DNA of 64,000 bases, taken from IMG/VR virus record IMGVR_UViG_3300031758_000006; one strand, given 5' to 3'. This stretch comes from a virus. Every line of letters starts with the position of its first letter. Position 1 is the first letter of the stretch. The notes under the pieces are model-generated. The model saw nothing but the letters and a program-made list of their open reading frames with translations, did not search any database and was not told the DNA's origin. A program made the position numbers and the translations under genes. Shown in pieces: positions 1 to 9,282 of the stretch.

Positions 1-2642
1 TTTGTAACGTCCTCAACAACCCATCTAATTAGTACTGGGTCCCAATAAATTAAAATGTCAAAACCTGCACATCCAGATGGGCAATTTCCACCCGCTAGTG
101 TTGTTCCAGAATAAGATGGTCTACCATTTATCGGCGTGTTAGTTAAATAAAAATTACTACCGTAATTCACAGATACTCCACCACCAAGAGGACATTCCCC
201 AAAGAATCTAATACATTGTGGTGTTACCACCGGTTCTAATGGTGGTGTTATAATTACAGTTTTTGCTGGTTTTGGAGCTAAGTCTATTAATTCATATCCA
301 TCTGGACAAATACCACAAGTTGTTTTAACACCGTTATCTAGAACTACATTAGCTGAACTAGTTATGACATAATCATTAATTATTGGTAATCCATTTGTAT
401 TTGAGTTAAGGAAGTAATATGTTGGGTCGTTTGATACTGGATTTGGGTTACTATATATTTCATAAGCTAGGACGCCCTCTCCGGATCTATTAACCCCACA
501 GATTTTAATTGTGTTTATTTGACCACCAATTAATGTGATGGGATATACATTCCAAAATGTATAATTCAATGGTTGTGATGGATTTAAAGTTTGATCTAAT
601 ATCAATGTACCATTCAATGTTATTTTTGTAGCGTCTGAACAAACCCCAATAAAATATGTTTGTGTTTCTGGGACAAACAATGATTCACATCTACACAATT
701 CACCCTCATAGTTTAAATTATTTTCAGCCCATATACCAATATCCCAAGCTCTTCGTCTCCAAAATCTAAGTAATGGACTAACTTGTATCATAGGTTGAGT
801 ACCGGTACTGGAACAAACTTCCAAATCACTATAATTTTGATTACATTGTTGTGGTAATAAAGAGTATGTTGAGGTACATCCAAAATTAAACATAGTTGAT
901 GGTCCAGTTCCATCTAATAAAAATGTTGGTTGGAATACTGCCACACCCTCTTTACATAATAATGGGTTAAATGGTAAATTGTTATCACATAGTAAACTAC
1001 TATATAATTCTAAGTTTTGTGTTTGTCCGCTACCTGCTGGTACCGTTACCCCAGAATAACACAATCCATTTGGTAATGGTTGATACCCTGGAGGACAATC
1101 ACATCCTTCGGTTGGTATTTTTGTAGCGTGTACCTGGAAACTAATATTATATAGTGAACTTTGTGGACATGTCCAAATACCAGTGACTGGATCGTAAGTA
1201 TTCGCTGGGAATAGAGTTTCCCAATCATCATATTGTTGTGAAGTTATTACCGGTAATTGTATTGTACCATCAAAAATTGTTCCAGATGGTACACTTGGGA
1301 TAATAGCTGGTGTGTCGATTGATACAGCCTCACCCATAGCTGCTATTAAAAATATGTTGTTTGTATTTCCGGTAACAACGAAGTTATCTGAGTCTAAACC
1401 TAAGTTAGCAACATCTTGGTTGTTTGGAATATCAGTAATTCGTAATTTTGGTGTAAATACTGAATCGTCTGTGTTAATATTTGAACTGGATAATATCTGT
1501 CCTAAATCAGTTAATCCGTTTAATGATTGGGTGTTAATTAAGTCCCCACCAACAATTACTGATCTTTGTGAAGAGTTGTTTGGTATAACCGCATTAATTG
1601 ATATAACACTAGATCCATCGTTCCCGGATAAAATTTGATTTGTTGTACCAAGAATAGATGATAAGTTTGACCCAGCAAAGTTTGAAGCTCCACCAAGAAT
1701 AGTTGTAAAAGCTGAATCGGTAAAGTTTTTATCCCCACCAAATATTGTTGACCCATTTTGTGAAATACTGTTGTTGGTACCACCAAAAATTACAGATCCA
1801 CATGAATCACCACCAATTTGGTTGTTGGATCCTCCACCAATGTAGTTAACCGATCCTTTAGTAACGTTTTGACAACCACCGAGTAATGTATTTCTATTAA
1901 AGTATGATCTATTCTCAGTTCCACCACCAATTGACGACATTCCAGTTCCTAAACTGGTTAGGTTGGAAGCTCCACCTAGGATAACAGAACACGCGTTCTC
2001 AATTAAATTTGTTTGTCCACCTAGAATTGATGAACCCACACTATCAGTGATGATGTTTCCAGTTCCACCACCAATTGAGTTGTCACAAACTTTCTTACTT
2101 GCAATCAAGTTAATGTAATTGTCGGTACCACCCAGAACTACCGAGTAATTACCAATCAATTTATTTCCCCAACCACCAGCAATTGTTGATCCATCTGACA
2201 TATCACTAGTAGAGTTTATGTTACCGATTGTGTTTAAATCACCACCACCAATACTTGAAAATATACCTTGTACTTTGTTTTCTTTACCACCGATTATACT
2301 AGAACATGGTTTGTAAATTACATTTTTAAATCCTCCACCTATCGATGACCTATTTGTTTTAATACTTTGATTGTATGTGAATATTAAGTTACCGTATCCA
2401 CCAATAATTGATGATTGACATGAATTATCAATTTTATTAGACGAACCACCTACTATTGTTGATCCACAGGAATCCAATTTTGTGGTTGATGAGTCTGGTC
2501 CAACAATAGTGTTTAACCTACCACCGAACACAGTTGAATACTGTGATCCAGCTAAATTACCAAGAGCACATCTAACTGTTGATGTTTGTCCACCACCCAA
2601 AAACTGGTTGTCCTGAATTATAATTTCTGTTATTACTGCCAT
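1..2642 (-). CDS. Large virion adhesin/tail-fibre-like protein, >880 aa, runs off window start (not in ORF track)
   Basis: ATG at 2642 (MAVITEIIIQDNQFLGGGQ); frame open wherever I translated it down to base 3; many (I/V)xGGxxN repeats; C1q-like TYDPVTGIWTCPQSSLYNISF; PA14-like QTYFIGVCSDATKITLNGTLI; TATTTAT 18 nt upstream. Confidence 0.8.
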   Translation of the reverse strand, partial: MAVITEIIIQDNQFLGGGQTSTVRCALGNLAGSQYSTVFGGRLNTIVGPDSSTTKLDSCGSTIVGGSSNKIDNSCQSSIIGGYGNLIFTYNQSIKTNRSSIGGGFKNVIYKPCSSIIGGKENKVQGIFSSIGGGDLNTIGNINSTSDMSDGSTIAGGWGNKLIGNYSVVLGGTDNYINLIASKKVCDNSIGGGTGNIITDSVGSSILGGQTNLIENACSVILGGASNLTSLGTGMSSIGGGTENRSYFNRNTLLGGCQNVTKGSVNYIGGGSNNQIGGDSCGSVIFGGTNNSISQNGSTIFGGDKNFTDSAFTTILGGASNFAGSNLSSILGTTNQILSGNDGSSVISINAVIPNNSSQRSVIVGGDLINTQSLNGLTDLGQILSSSNINTDDSVFTPKLRITDIPNNQDVANLGLDSDNFVVTGNTNNIFLIAAMGEAVSIDTPAIIPSVPSGTIFDGTIQLPVITSQQYDDWETLFPANTYDPVTGIWTCPQSSLYNISFQVHATKIPTEGCDCPPGYQPLPNGLCYSGVTVPAGSGQTQNLELYSSLLCDNNLPFNPLLCKEGVAVFQPTFLLDGTGPSTMFNFGCTSTYSLLPQQCNQNYSDLEVCSSTGTQPMIQVSPLLRFWRRRAWDIGIWAENNLNYEGELCRCESLFVPETQTYFIGVCSDATKITLNGTLILDQTLNPSQPLNYTFWNVYPITLIGGQINTIKICGVNRSGEGVLAYEIYSNPNPVSNDPTYYFLNSNTNGLPIINDYVITSSANVVLDNGVKTTCGICPDGYELIDLAPKPAKTVIITPPLEPVVTPQCIRFFGECPLGGGVSVNYGSNFYLTNTPINGRPSYSGTTLAGGNCPSGCAGFDILIYWDPVLIRWVVEDVT

Positions 2643-2660
2643 AATGTATTTTCTTTTCAA

Positions 2661-2667
2661 ATAAATA
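2661..2667 (-). promoter_or_regulatory. TATTTAT putative late promoter
   Basis: Recurrent motif upstream of structural-type genes. Confidence 0.55.
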
Positions 2668-2687
2668 TTATGTAATTGGTAAAAAAT

Positions 2688-2721
2688 TAAAAACCCCCAC
2701 AAATAATGTGAGGGTTTTTTA
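2688..2721. terminator. Intrinsic terminator hairpin
   Basis: AAACCCCCAC-AAATAAT-GTGAGGGTTT with A/T runs on both sides. Confidence 0.65.
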
Positions 2722-2723
2722 TA

Positions 2724-2878
2724 TGTCGTTATTAAATTGGTTATATAGTATGAATGATTGTTAAATTTTGACTAAAAAACTTTTGAACTTCATGAATTTT
2801 GTACTTTGAGTGCCTAATCAATATCTAACCATCGATTAACAAGTTGTAGAATTTAATATAACCATTTAATTAACGACA
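2724..2878 (-). ncRNA. Candidate structured RNA downstream of DIP1984-like gene
   Basis: 23-nt imperfect inverted repeats (2724-2746/2856-2878), internal 8-bp stem with a G-U pair on the minus strand, recurring (T/A)CAAA units. Confidence 0.5.
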
Positions 2879-2881
2879 CAA

Positions 2882-3367
2882 TTACTCGTTAGTTTTATCT
2901 TCATCAGTTTCTGATGGTTCGAGTCCAGGTAAAGTTGTTGTTGAATTATGTTGATCCAATTCATCTTGTATTTCATCAATTCTTGCTTCAAGAAATTTAA
3001 TTTCTGAGTCCCTTTCAACTACAGAAATTTCAGATTTTTTAATCGTCGGTGAATCTGAACGTCTTCCGTAGTAGTCATCCTCTGATACACCATCAGTACA
3101 GTCCACCCCTTTTAAGTGTTTAACAATACTCTTTAATTCGGACAATAAAAATATTTTATCGTATACCTCTGAATTAGCTTTGTGGATTTCAGTTTTTAAA
3201 GCTACCAACTGGTTTACTAAATTATACTGTTGTTCCAAAAGAGCTTTGGTTGAGTACGGTCTTTGATTTGACTCAGATACGGAATTGTATCTCATCATTT
3301 TAATTTGTGTGTCGGTAATCTCACCAACCAATCGATTTTTAAGTTTTAAAGCTTGTTTAATTGTCAT
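2882..3367 (-). CDS. Coiled-coil protein, DIP1984/DUF6847-like
   Basis: N-terminus MTIKQALKLKNRL resembles the MKLAEAL..R signature; helical heptads. Confidence 0.5.
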   Translation of the reverse strand: MTIKQALKLKNRLVGEITDTQIKMMRYNSVSESNQRPYSTKALLEQQYNLVNQLVALKTEIHKANSEVYDKIFLLSELKSIVKHLKGVDCTDGVSEDDYYGRRSDSPTIKKSEISVVERDSEIKFLEARIDEIQDELDQHNSTTTLPGLEPSETDEDKTNE

Positions 3368-3396
3368 GATTTTAATTTTATTAAATTATATAAATT

Positions 3397-3903
3397 TTAT
3401 TTTAATATGTCAATACCTTTTTTCAATTTTTTATAATCTTCTTTTGATATTTCCACTAAATTAATGTTGGCTTCCAAATAAGAAGTCTCCGGATTCGTAA
3501 ATACTTCAAACTTTTGGTGTTTTTTTAATTTTGTATTTTCAGATCTTGTTACAAAATTGTATTTACCACAATTATTTAAATAAAAGTCAACCAGGTCAAG
3601 TTCACCACTTTCAATTTTATCTATATTGTTCAGTAGATGTGTCGCGGCAATCTTTCTTGGGTACTCATGTTCTTTTGTTGGTGAGTAACTTTTATTTAAT
3701 CTAATTTGGTTTAGACATTCTTCGGATATTTTTCCGGTCCAATTCTCGATTGAATCGGGTAAGTAGAATATTCCAGCCCCAAACATGGTTTCCATAAATT
3801 TCTTTTGGTCGTCACTGACGTTTGGGTCTGGGTATAATTCTTTTAATGATACTAACATTCTACGTAAAACTTCGCACCGGTCTTTTAGTTTACTGATGTT
3901 CAT
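3397..3903 (-). CDS. Hypothetical protein, possible His-Me-finger (HNH-like) nuclease
   Basis: TKEHEYPRK ... FVTRSENTKL spacing resembles EHxxP...VTxxEN. Confidence 0.4.
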   Translation of the reverse strand: MNISKLKDRCEVLRRMLVSLKELYPDPNVSDDQKKFMETMFGAGIFYLPDSIENWTGKISEECLNQIRLNKSYSPTKEHEYPRKIAATHLLNNIDKIESGELDLVDFYLNNCGKYNFVTRSENTKLKKHQKFEVFTNPETSYLEANINLVEISKEDYKKLKKGIDILK

Positions 3904-4034
3904 TGTTTAATTTCCGTTTTCGTGGTGTCATTATGAACTGGGGTGACACTTCCATAAGCGTCACACCCAGATTCTTTTTTTGATTTACATGAACCAAGTA
4001 ATAAACAAACAATTGCAAATACTACTACTCTCAT
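3900..4034 (-). CDS. 44-aa predicted lipoprotein (not in ORF track)
   Basis: [28 protein letters not shown]...; lipobox LGS-C; TAATG overlap with dnaK and ATGA overlap with next gene. Confidence 0.7.
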   Translation of the reverse strand: MRVVVFAIVCLLLGSCKSKKESGCDAYGSVTPVHNDTTKTEIKQ

Positions 4035-5887
4035 TACTTAACCTCCTCAAATTCAACGTCAGACATGTTATCGACATTGTCGGAGTTTGGTTGTTCATAA
4101 AGGTTTTGACTAACTTCCTGGAACTTAGAATTTAATTCATCCAAACCAGATTTCATTAGATCAAAATCACGTTTACTTTGAGAATCTTTTAAATTTTCCA
4201 GCAGTGTGTTCAACTCAGTTTTTTGGTCCTCAGAAATTTTGTCTTCCAAATCTTTAATTGATTTCTCACTCTGGAATATAGTTGAGTCTACTGTGTTAAT
4301 TAACTCAGCCTCTTCTCTCAACTTTCTATCCTCATCCGCGTTCATTTCAGCTTCTTGTTTCATTCTCTCAATTTCTTCTTTCGATAAACCGGAGGATGAT
4401 TCGATTCTGATTGTTTGTTGTTTATTGGTTCCCTTATCCAAAGCTGATACATTAATAATACCATTAGCGTCAATATCAAACGTTACCTCAATTTGTGGGA
4501 CACCACGAGGTGATGGTGGAATACCATCCAGGTGGAATCGTCCAATTGTTTTATTATCCTTAGCCATTGATCTCTCACCCTGTAACACATGTATCTCGAC
4601 TGATGGTTGGTTTTCAACTGCGGTTGAGAATGTTTGTGATTTTTTGGTCGGTATTGTTGTGTTGGCTTCGATTAGTTTGGTGAACACTCCACCCATTGTT
4701 TCAATACCTAATGAAAGTGGTGTTACATCTAATAATAAAACATCGTTTACATCACCAGCTAAAACACCTCCCTGGATTGCGGCACCCAAAGCTACAACCT
4801 CATCTGGGTTAACACCTTTGGATGGTTCTTTACCGAAGAAGTTCTTAACAGCTTCCTGGATTACCGGAATTCTTGTTGTACCACCAACCAGGATAATCTC
4901 ATCGATATCTGATACAGACATCTTAGCGTTTTTCAAAGCTGACTTACACGGATCGATTGTTCGTTTAACCAATGAGTCAACTAGTTGTTCAAATTTAGAT
5001 CTTGTTAGAGTCCTAACTAAGTGTTTTGGGACACCGTCAACTGGCATAATATATGGTAAGTTAATCTCCGTTGAGGATGAGGACGATAACTCAATTTTAG
5101 CTTTCTCAGCTGATTCTCTAAGTCTTTGTAAAGCCATAGGATCTTTAGCTAAATCAATACCGTTTTCATCTTTAAATTCAGATACCAACCAGTCAATGAT
5201 GGATTGGTCAAAGTCATCCCCACCAAGGTGTGTATCACCGTCTGTTGAAAGTACTTCAAACACTCCGTCACCTAATTCTAGAATTGATACATCGTGTGTT
5301 CCACCACCACAGTCAAAGACAACAACTACCATGTCTGACTTCTTTTTATCTAGACCATAAGCTAAAGCAGCTGCGGTTGGTTCGTTTATAATTCTTTTAA
5401 CCTCAAGACCAGCGATCTCACCAGCTTCTTTCGTTGCTTGACGTTGTGAGTCATTAAAGTAAGCTGGTACCGTAATTACAGCTTCAGTTACAGTTTCACC
5501 TAAGTAATCCTCAGCGGTTTGTTTCATCTTTTGTAGAATAACCGCAGATAATTCTTGTGGTGTATACATTTTACCATCAATTTCAACTCTAGGTGTGTTA
5601 TTGTCACCTTTAACTACTTTGTATGGTACTTTACCCAACTCGGACTTTGAGTCTGAGTAACTTAATCCCATAAATCTCTTGATTGAGTAAATTGTTTTAT
5701 CTGGATTAGTGACCGCTTGTCGTTTAGCTGGATCACCTACTTTACGTTCCCCATCTTTCACGAATCCAATCACCGAAGGTGTTGTTCGTTTTCCTTCATT
5801 ATTTGTGATCACGACTGGTTCATTACCTTCCATAATCGCGACACATGAGTTTGTTGTTCCTAGGTCAATACCTATAATTTTTCCCAT
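4034..5887 (-). CDS. dnaK: Hsp70 chaperone DnaK
   Basis: [37 protein letters not shown]-like [10 protein letters not shown]; C-terminus VEFEEVK. Confidence 0.97.
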   Translation of the reverse strand: MGKIIGIDLGTTNSCVAIMEGNEPVVITNNEGKRTTPSVIGFVKDGERKVGDPAKRQAVTNPDKTIYSIKRFMGLSYSDSKSELGKVPYKVVKGDNNTPRVEIDGKMYTPQELSAVILQKMKQTAEDYLGETVTEAVITVPAYFNDSQRQATKEAGEIAGLEVKRIINEPTAAALAYGLDKKKSDMVVVVFDCGGGTHDVSILELGDGVFEVLSTDGDTHLGGDDFDQSIIDWLVSEFKDENGIDLAKDPMALQRLRESAEKAKIELSSSSSTEINLPYIMPVDGVPKHLVRTLTRSKFEQLVDSLVKRTIDPCKSALKNAKMSVSDIDEIILVGGTTRIPVIQEAVKNFFGKEPSKGVNPDEVVALGAAIQGGVLAGDVNDVLLLDVTPLSLGIETMGGVFTKLIEANTTIPTKKSQTFSTAVENQPSVEIHVLQGERSMAKDNKTIGRFHLDGIPPSPRGVPQIEVTFDIDANGIINVSALDKGTNKQQTIRIESSSGLSKEEIERMKQEAEMNADEDRKLREEAELINTVDSTIFQSEKSIKDLEDKISEDQKTELNTLLENLKDSQSKRDFDLMKSGLDELNSKFQEVSQNLYEQPNSDNVDNMSDVEFEEVK

Positions 5888-5939
5888 TGTTTTTTTTTAT
5901 TGTTATTTATTTATGATCTAAAAGATCGATTTATTTTTC

Positions 5940-5980
5940 CCAAAAAATATTCCAGATGAAATTATCTGACATTTTGTCAG
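5940..5980 (-). promoter_or_regulatory. Possible sigma54-like -24/-12 box plus upstream palindrome before dnaK
   Basis: Minus strand CTGAC-AAAAT-GTCAG followed by TGGAATATTTTTTGG (GG and TTG at sigma54 spacing). Confidence 0.35.
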
Positions 5981-5981
5981 T

Positions 5982-6278
5982 TTACCAAGTACTAACGTCA
6001 GTTAAATCTAACTCTACCTTAGCTAATTCACTATAAACTATGACAATTGGTCCTATACCGCTACTTGTAAATCGATATTCATAATCACCATACTCCCCGT
6101 AAACGGCTTTTATATGTCCTTGCCACTTTTTCAATTTTTTAACCTGGTCTGGATCTATTGTAAATGACATTGGTTTATATTTGTTTTCAATGTCATCCTT
6201 TTTATCAGATTTTTCTTTTTTATTTTTTTTTGACATTTCCAAGATTCTTGATTTTAAATTTATAATTTTACTTTTCAT
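5982..6278 (-). CDS. Hypothetical protein
   Basis: ORF in operon orientation; start may be the later MSKKN. Confidence 0.7.
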   Translation of the reverse strand: MKSKIINLKSRILEMSKKNKKEKSDKKDDIENKYKPMSFTIDPDQVKKLKKWQGHIKAVYGEYGDYEYRFTSSGIGPIVIVYSELAKVELDLTDVSTW

Positions 6279-6304
6279 AACATTATAAGTTTACGTATTT
6301 TTTT

Positions 6305-6853
6305 TTAAAGTTTCAATACTTTAACCGACCACGGGTCAAAAAAATTATCAACTTCACAAGTTTTAATTTCATTGTGTAGAGCGTCGTAGTAATAATCACC
6401 ATTCAATATAGGTGTTTTTTCCATAATAAAGTATTTACGTCCATTGAAGTTGACTAATGAGGTCTCTTCTCTGTGTTCATCACATAGACAATATATCCAA
6501 CCACCGATTTTATGTTGTACTCCCGGTTCACCACAAACTTCACAAACATTAAAACTTTCTTTTTCAGCTTCAACAACAAAATGAAATCCATTTTCTGGTA
6601 AATTATCTAAGAATATACTCATTCCACCAAACTTTTGTTTTACATTTAAAAATTGTTTATCCCAACCCATTGATATTAAAGTCTCAAACAATCTTTGTAA
6701 AATACCTAACCAACCATTACTGACGGAAAAATTGTGTCGTTCTAAAATGGGTGATTTATGTTTATGAAATCCGTGATTAAGTCCACCAATATTTTTTAAA
6801 AAATTATTAAATTCTTTATCGGATAAATAATTATTGTTCATTCTTACTCCCAT
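6305..6853 (-). CDS. Conserved hypothetical protein with C-terminal Zn-finger-like motif
   Basis: VKQKFGG motif; CEVCG...CDEH. Confidence 0.65.
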   Translation of the reverse strand: MGVRMNNNYLSDKEFNNFLKNIGGLNHGFHKHKSPILERHNFSVSNGWLGILQRLFETLISMGWDKQFLNVKQKFGGMSIFLDNLPENGFHFVVEAEKESFNVCEVCGEPGVQHKIGGWIYCLCDEHREETSLVNFNGRKYFIMEKTPILNGDYYYDALHNEIKTCEVDNFFDPWSVKVLKL

Positions 6854-7262
6854 CTTTATTGTACATTTTTAACATGGTTAACGAATTTCTTAATATCCAA
6901 TATGAGTCCCAGAATCCACCTCTATCATCCAGGAAGATGTTAGCGTACAATTTCCCATTTAACCCATATGGTTTGTCCCATTCTGAGTGCATTTGGTTGA
7001 CACCATGAACAACAATTCCAAGATCCTCCACTTGTTTTTTAGCGTTCACCAATTGTTTTTCACTTCTAGCGGTATTAATTAAAAATACTATACCATGTTC
7101 TTGACATTCCAAAATTAAATCAACCATTTTTTTACAGTTCTCTTTAATTTCTTCGTTGTAAGGGATAATAGTATCGTCAAGGTCACAAGCTATGATGATT
7201 TTCCCATTTTTAACCCATTCATTTGTTAATCGATTCGTATAAAAATTAGCGTGGTGTCTCAT
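6831..7262 (-). CDS. HAD-superfamily phosphatase (BT0820-like)
   Basis: IIACDLDDTI (DxDxT) and KLYANIFLDDR. Confidence 0.75.
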   Translation of the reverse strand: MRHHANFYTNRLTNEWVKNGKIIIACDLDDTIIPYNEEIKENCKKMVDLILECQEHGIVFLINTARSEKQLVNAKKQVEDLGIVVHGVNQMHSEWDKPYGLNGKLYANIFLDDRGGFWDSYWILRNSLTMLKMYNKDGSKNEQ

Positions 7263-7263
7263 T

Positions 7264-7482
7264 TTAATTTAGGTTTCTTTTTATGTGGTATAGTGATATC
7301 ATAATCACCGGTAATCCAAATAATATTGAAATTGTGGTCATCTGGAGTACCATACAAAACCCAACTAGGTATGTCACCGAAAATATTGTGTCGACTATAA
7401 CCTCAGTAATTCCAAGTTTAGTTATCAAACCAAAAAACGATTCTAATTTTCTCGTCAAACTCTTTAGTTTTTTCATCATCAA
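7264..7482 (-). CDS. Small membrane protein, start uncertain
   Basis: Two hydrophobic segments; 65-nt overlap with upstream gene. Confidence 0.4.
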   Translation of the reverse strand: MMMKKLKSLTRKLESFFGLITKLGITEVIVDTIFSVTYLVGFCMVLQMTTISILFGLPVIMISLYHIKRNLN

Positions 7483-8017
7483 ATAAGTAAAATTCTTCTT
7501 TTAATCTCTCGGTAATCTTATTAGCCAACCTAGCTAATGGACTTTCTTCTTCCCAAGTTCTATAATCCCAACCTTCAACTGTTGTAAATTCAGCGGACAT
7601 TGTTGGTGTTTTACCACTGGACTCCAATTCTTCAATTGATTCTGGTGATATCATACCCTCAACCCAGACTGTTGGGTTGTCAGATAAAAAATCATTAATT
7701 TCTTTTAGTGTTAGGTGACTGTGACTATGTCCATCAGATTCCCAATAGTCTGATCGTTTCTTTACAATCTCGGTAACATCCTCCGGTAATCCCTTTGGAT
7801 CTGAAATTGTATTCTCACAATATCCCCTTACGTTTGCCAGAATACAAAATAGTTCGTAGTTCCTTCCTAGGTATATTGACCTTTGTTCGTATTTCTCCCC
7901 ATTTTGACCGTCCTCACTGTAGTACGGATTAATTCTGAAGTCATCACAATTAACCCAAGTTTCAACACCATTGATTTTTATTTTTTTCTCAATGTATAAA
8001 TGAATATCACATCCCAT
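7418..8017 (-). CDS. Conserved phage hypothetical protein
   Basis: MGCDIH start, R.Y.LF..LA.VR and C-terminal RIVFWFDN motifs. Confidence 0.75.
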   Translation of the reverse strand: MGCDIHLYIEKKIKINGVETWVNCDDFRINPYYSEDGQNGEKYEQRSIYLGRNYELFCILANVRGYCENTISDPKGLPEDVTEIVKKRSDYWESDGHSHSHLTLKEINDFLSDNPTVWVEGMISPESIEELESSGKTPTMSAEFTTVEGWDYRTWEEESPLARLANKITERLKEEFYLFDDEKTKEFDEKIRIVFWFDN

Positions 8018-8036
8018 AATTTAAATTTTAAATGTT

Positions 8037-8201
8037 TTAATTAAAAAATCCCCCAGTTAAGAGTAATACAAAATATAACCCAGTACTAATAATTGTCACC
8101 CAAAAACTGTGATTCCCCTCTTTAGGTTTCCCATGTAGATGAGCTCCCAATAATAAGTTTAACGATAGTAAACAATACATAATAATTTGACTAGTTCCCA
8201 T
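8037..8201 (-). CDS. 54-aa two-TM membrane protein (not in ORF track)
   Basis: MGTSQIIMYCLLSLNLLLGAHLHGKPKEGNHSFWVTIISTGLYFVLLLTGGFFN; fills the gap exactly. Confidence 0.7.
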   Translation of the reverse strand: MGTSQIIMYCLLSLNLLLGAHLHGKPKEGNHSFWVTIISTGLYFVLLLTGGFFN

Positions 8202-8229
8202 AATAATTTAATTTTAATTTATATTTTAT

Positions 8230-9282
8230 TTATTTTCCAAATCCAACAGTTCCGGATCCTTTTATTCTTGGTTTCTCAGCTAAAGATTCCAAATTACTAA
8301 TTGTTTCCTCAAATGTTCTTCCCATCACAATTACCGAAATAACAACCTCTTTTAAATGTGATAGGGACATCCCTTCAGTTTTTTTAACCCACAGATCAAT
8401 GTCAATACCCTTAATGTCTTCCTCATTTAATTTGTGGTTAATATACGCTCTTCTAATTTCCTCATTAGGACTCCCCACCTTATATCGTCTATCAAATCTT
8501 GATGGTCGATTTGTGATTCGTTCCTGGAGTTTCTCTGGGTAATTGGTTGTCGCGATATACACAACACCTTCAATTTGTTTAACCCCGTCTAGGATGTTTA
8601 ATAACCTAGCTGTTTGGTACCTACTTTCACTAGCTATTGAATCAATGTCTTCCAATAAAACAACAAGTGGTCTATTTGGTTCTACCTTTCTAAACGTTGA
8701 GATGAATGATGTAAATCTATCCACATCTTCTTCGTCTTTAACATTGATGACAATACCATTTCTCTCGATTAATTTTTGTGATATGAGTTGGATGATACCG
8801 GATTTACCACATCCTGGATCACCGTACATTAAAATTCCTCTTTTATGAATAAAATTATATGTTTTGTATTTGTCCGCTCTATTCCAGAAGTTTTCAATGT
8901 CTTCCAGGATATCTTTAATTTCTGGTGACGGTAAATGATATAACTCGTCCGTTTTGAATGGTTGTTTCTTTAATGTATGAGTTTGTAGATTACTATTCCA
9001 ACCTATTTCATAAACCCCAGCTGGTACTTGTGGTACTGTGACATAAGCGGGAGCGTATTCCTCATTTTTTAGATTACTCCAACAAGAAGGAACGTCTGTA
9101 TCAATTTTATGGCCCTCTTCTAGATCTGGTACTACCCTACCAATGATTGGTTCGTCAAATCTTCTTGGGTCATCGTCCGTGTACTCAAGTGTTTCTTCAA
9201 TATATTTATCACTCATATTATTTTTTTTTAAAATTTCTTTTAGTTCTTTTTTCCATTCCATACTATTGTTCAGATTCCCCAT
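8230..9282 (-). CDS. AAA+ ATPase
   Basis: Walker A GDPGCGKS, Walker B LLEDID, TTNYPE, RPSRFDR. Confidence 0.9.
   Translation of the reverse strand: MGNLNNSMEWKKELKEILKKNNMSDKYIEETLEYTDDDPRRFDEPIIGRVVPDLEEGHKIDTDVPSCWSNLKNEEYAPAYVTVPQVPAGVYEIGWNSNLQTHTLKKQPFKTDELYHLPSPEIKDILEDIENFWNRADKYKTYNFIHKRGILMYGDPGCGKSGIIQLISQKLIERNGIVINVKDEEDVDRFTSFISTFRKVEPNRPLVVLLEDIDSIASESRYQTARLLNILDGVKQIEGVVYIATTNYPEKLQERITNRPSRFDRRYKVGSPNEEIRRAYINHKLNEEDIKGIDIDLWVKKTEGMSLSHLKEVVISVIVMGRTFEETISNLESLAEKPRIKGSGTVGFGK

Noticed and set aside
1046-1786. Short ORFs 1046..1231, 1312..1638 and 1556..1786 suggesting a fragmented gene or recoding
   Set aside because: A third minus-strand frame is open from 2642 to the window edge; these are off-frame artefacts
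4206-5360. 384-aa plus-strand ORF and many similar antisense ORFs (e.g. 21117..21596, 29547..29987, 36777..37349, 44076..44582)
   Set aside because: They lie opposite clearly recognisable genes, are Ser/Leu/Phe-rich codon shadows and have no promoter or motif support
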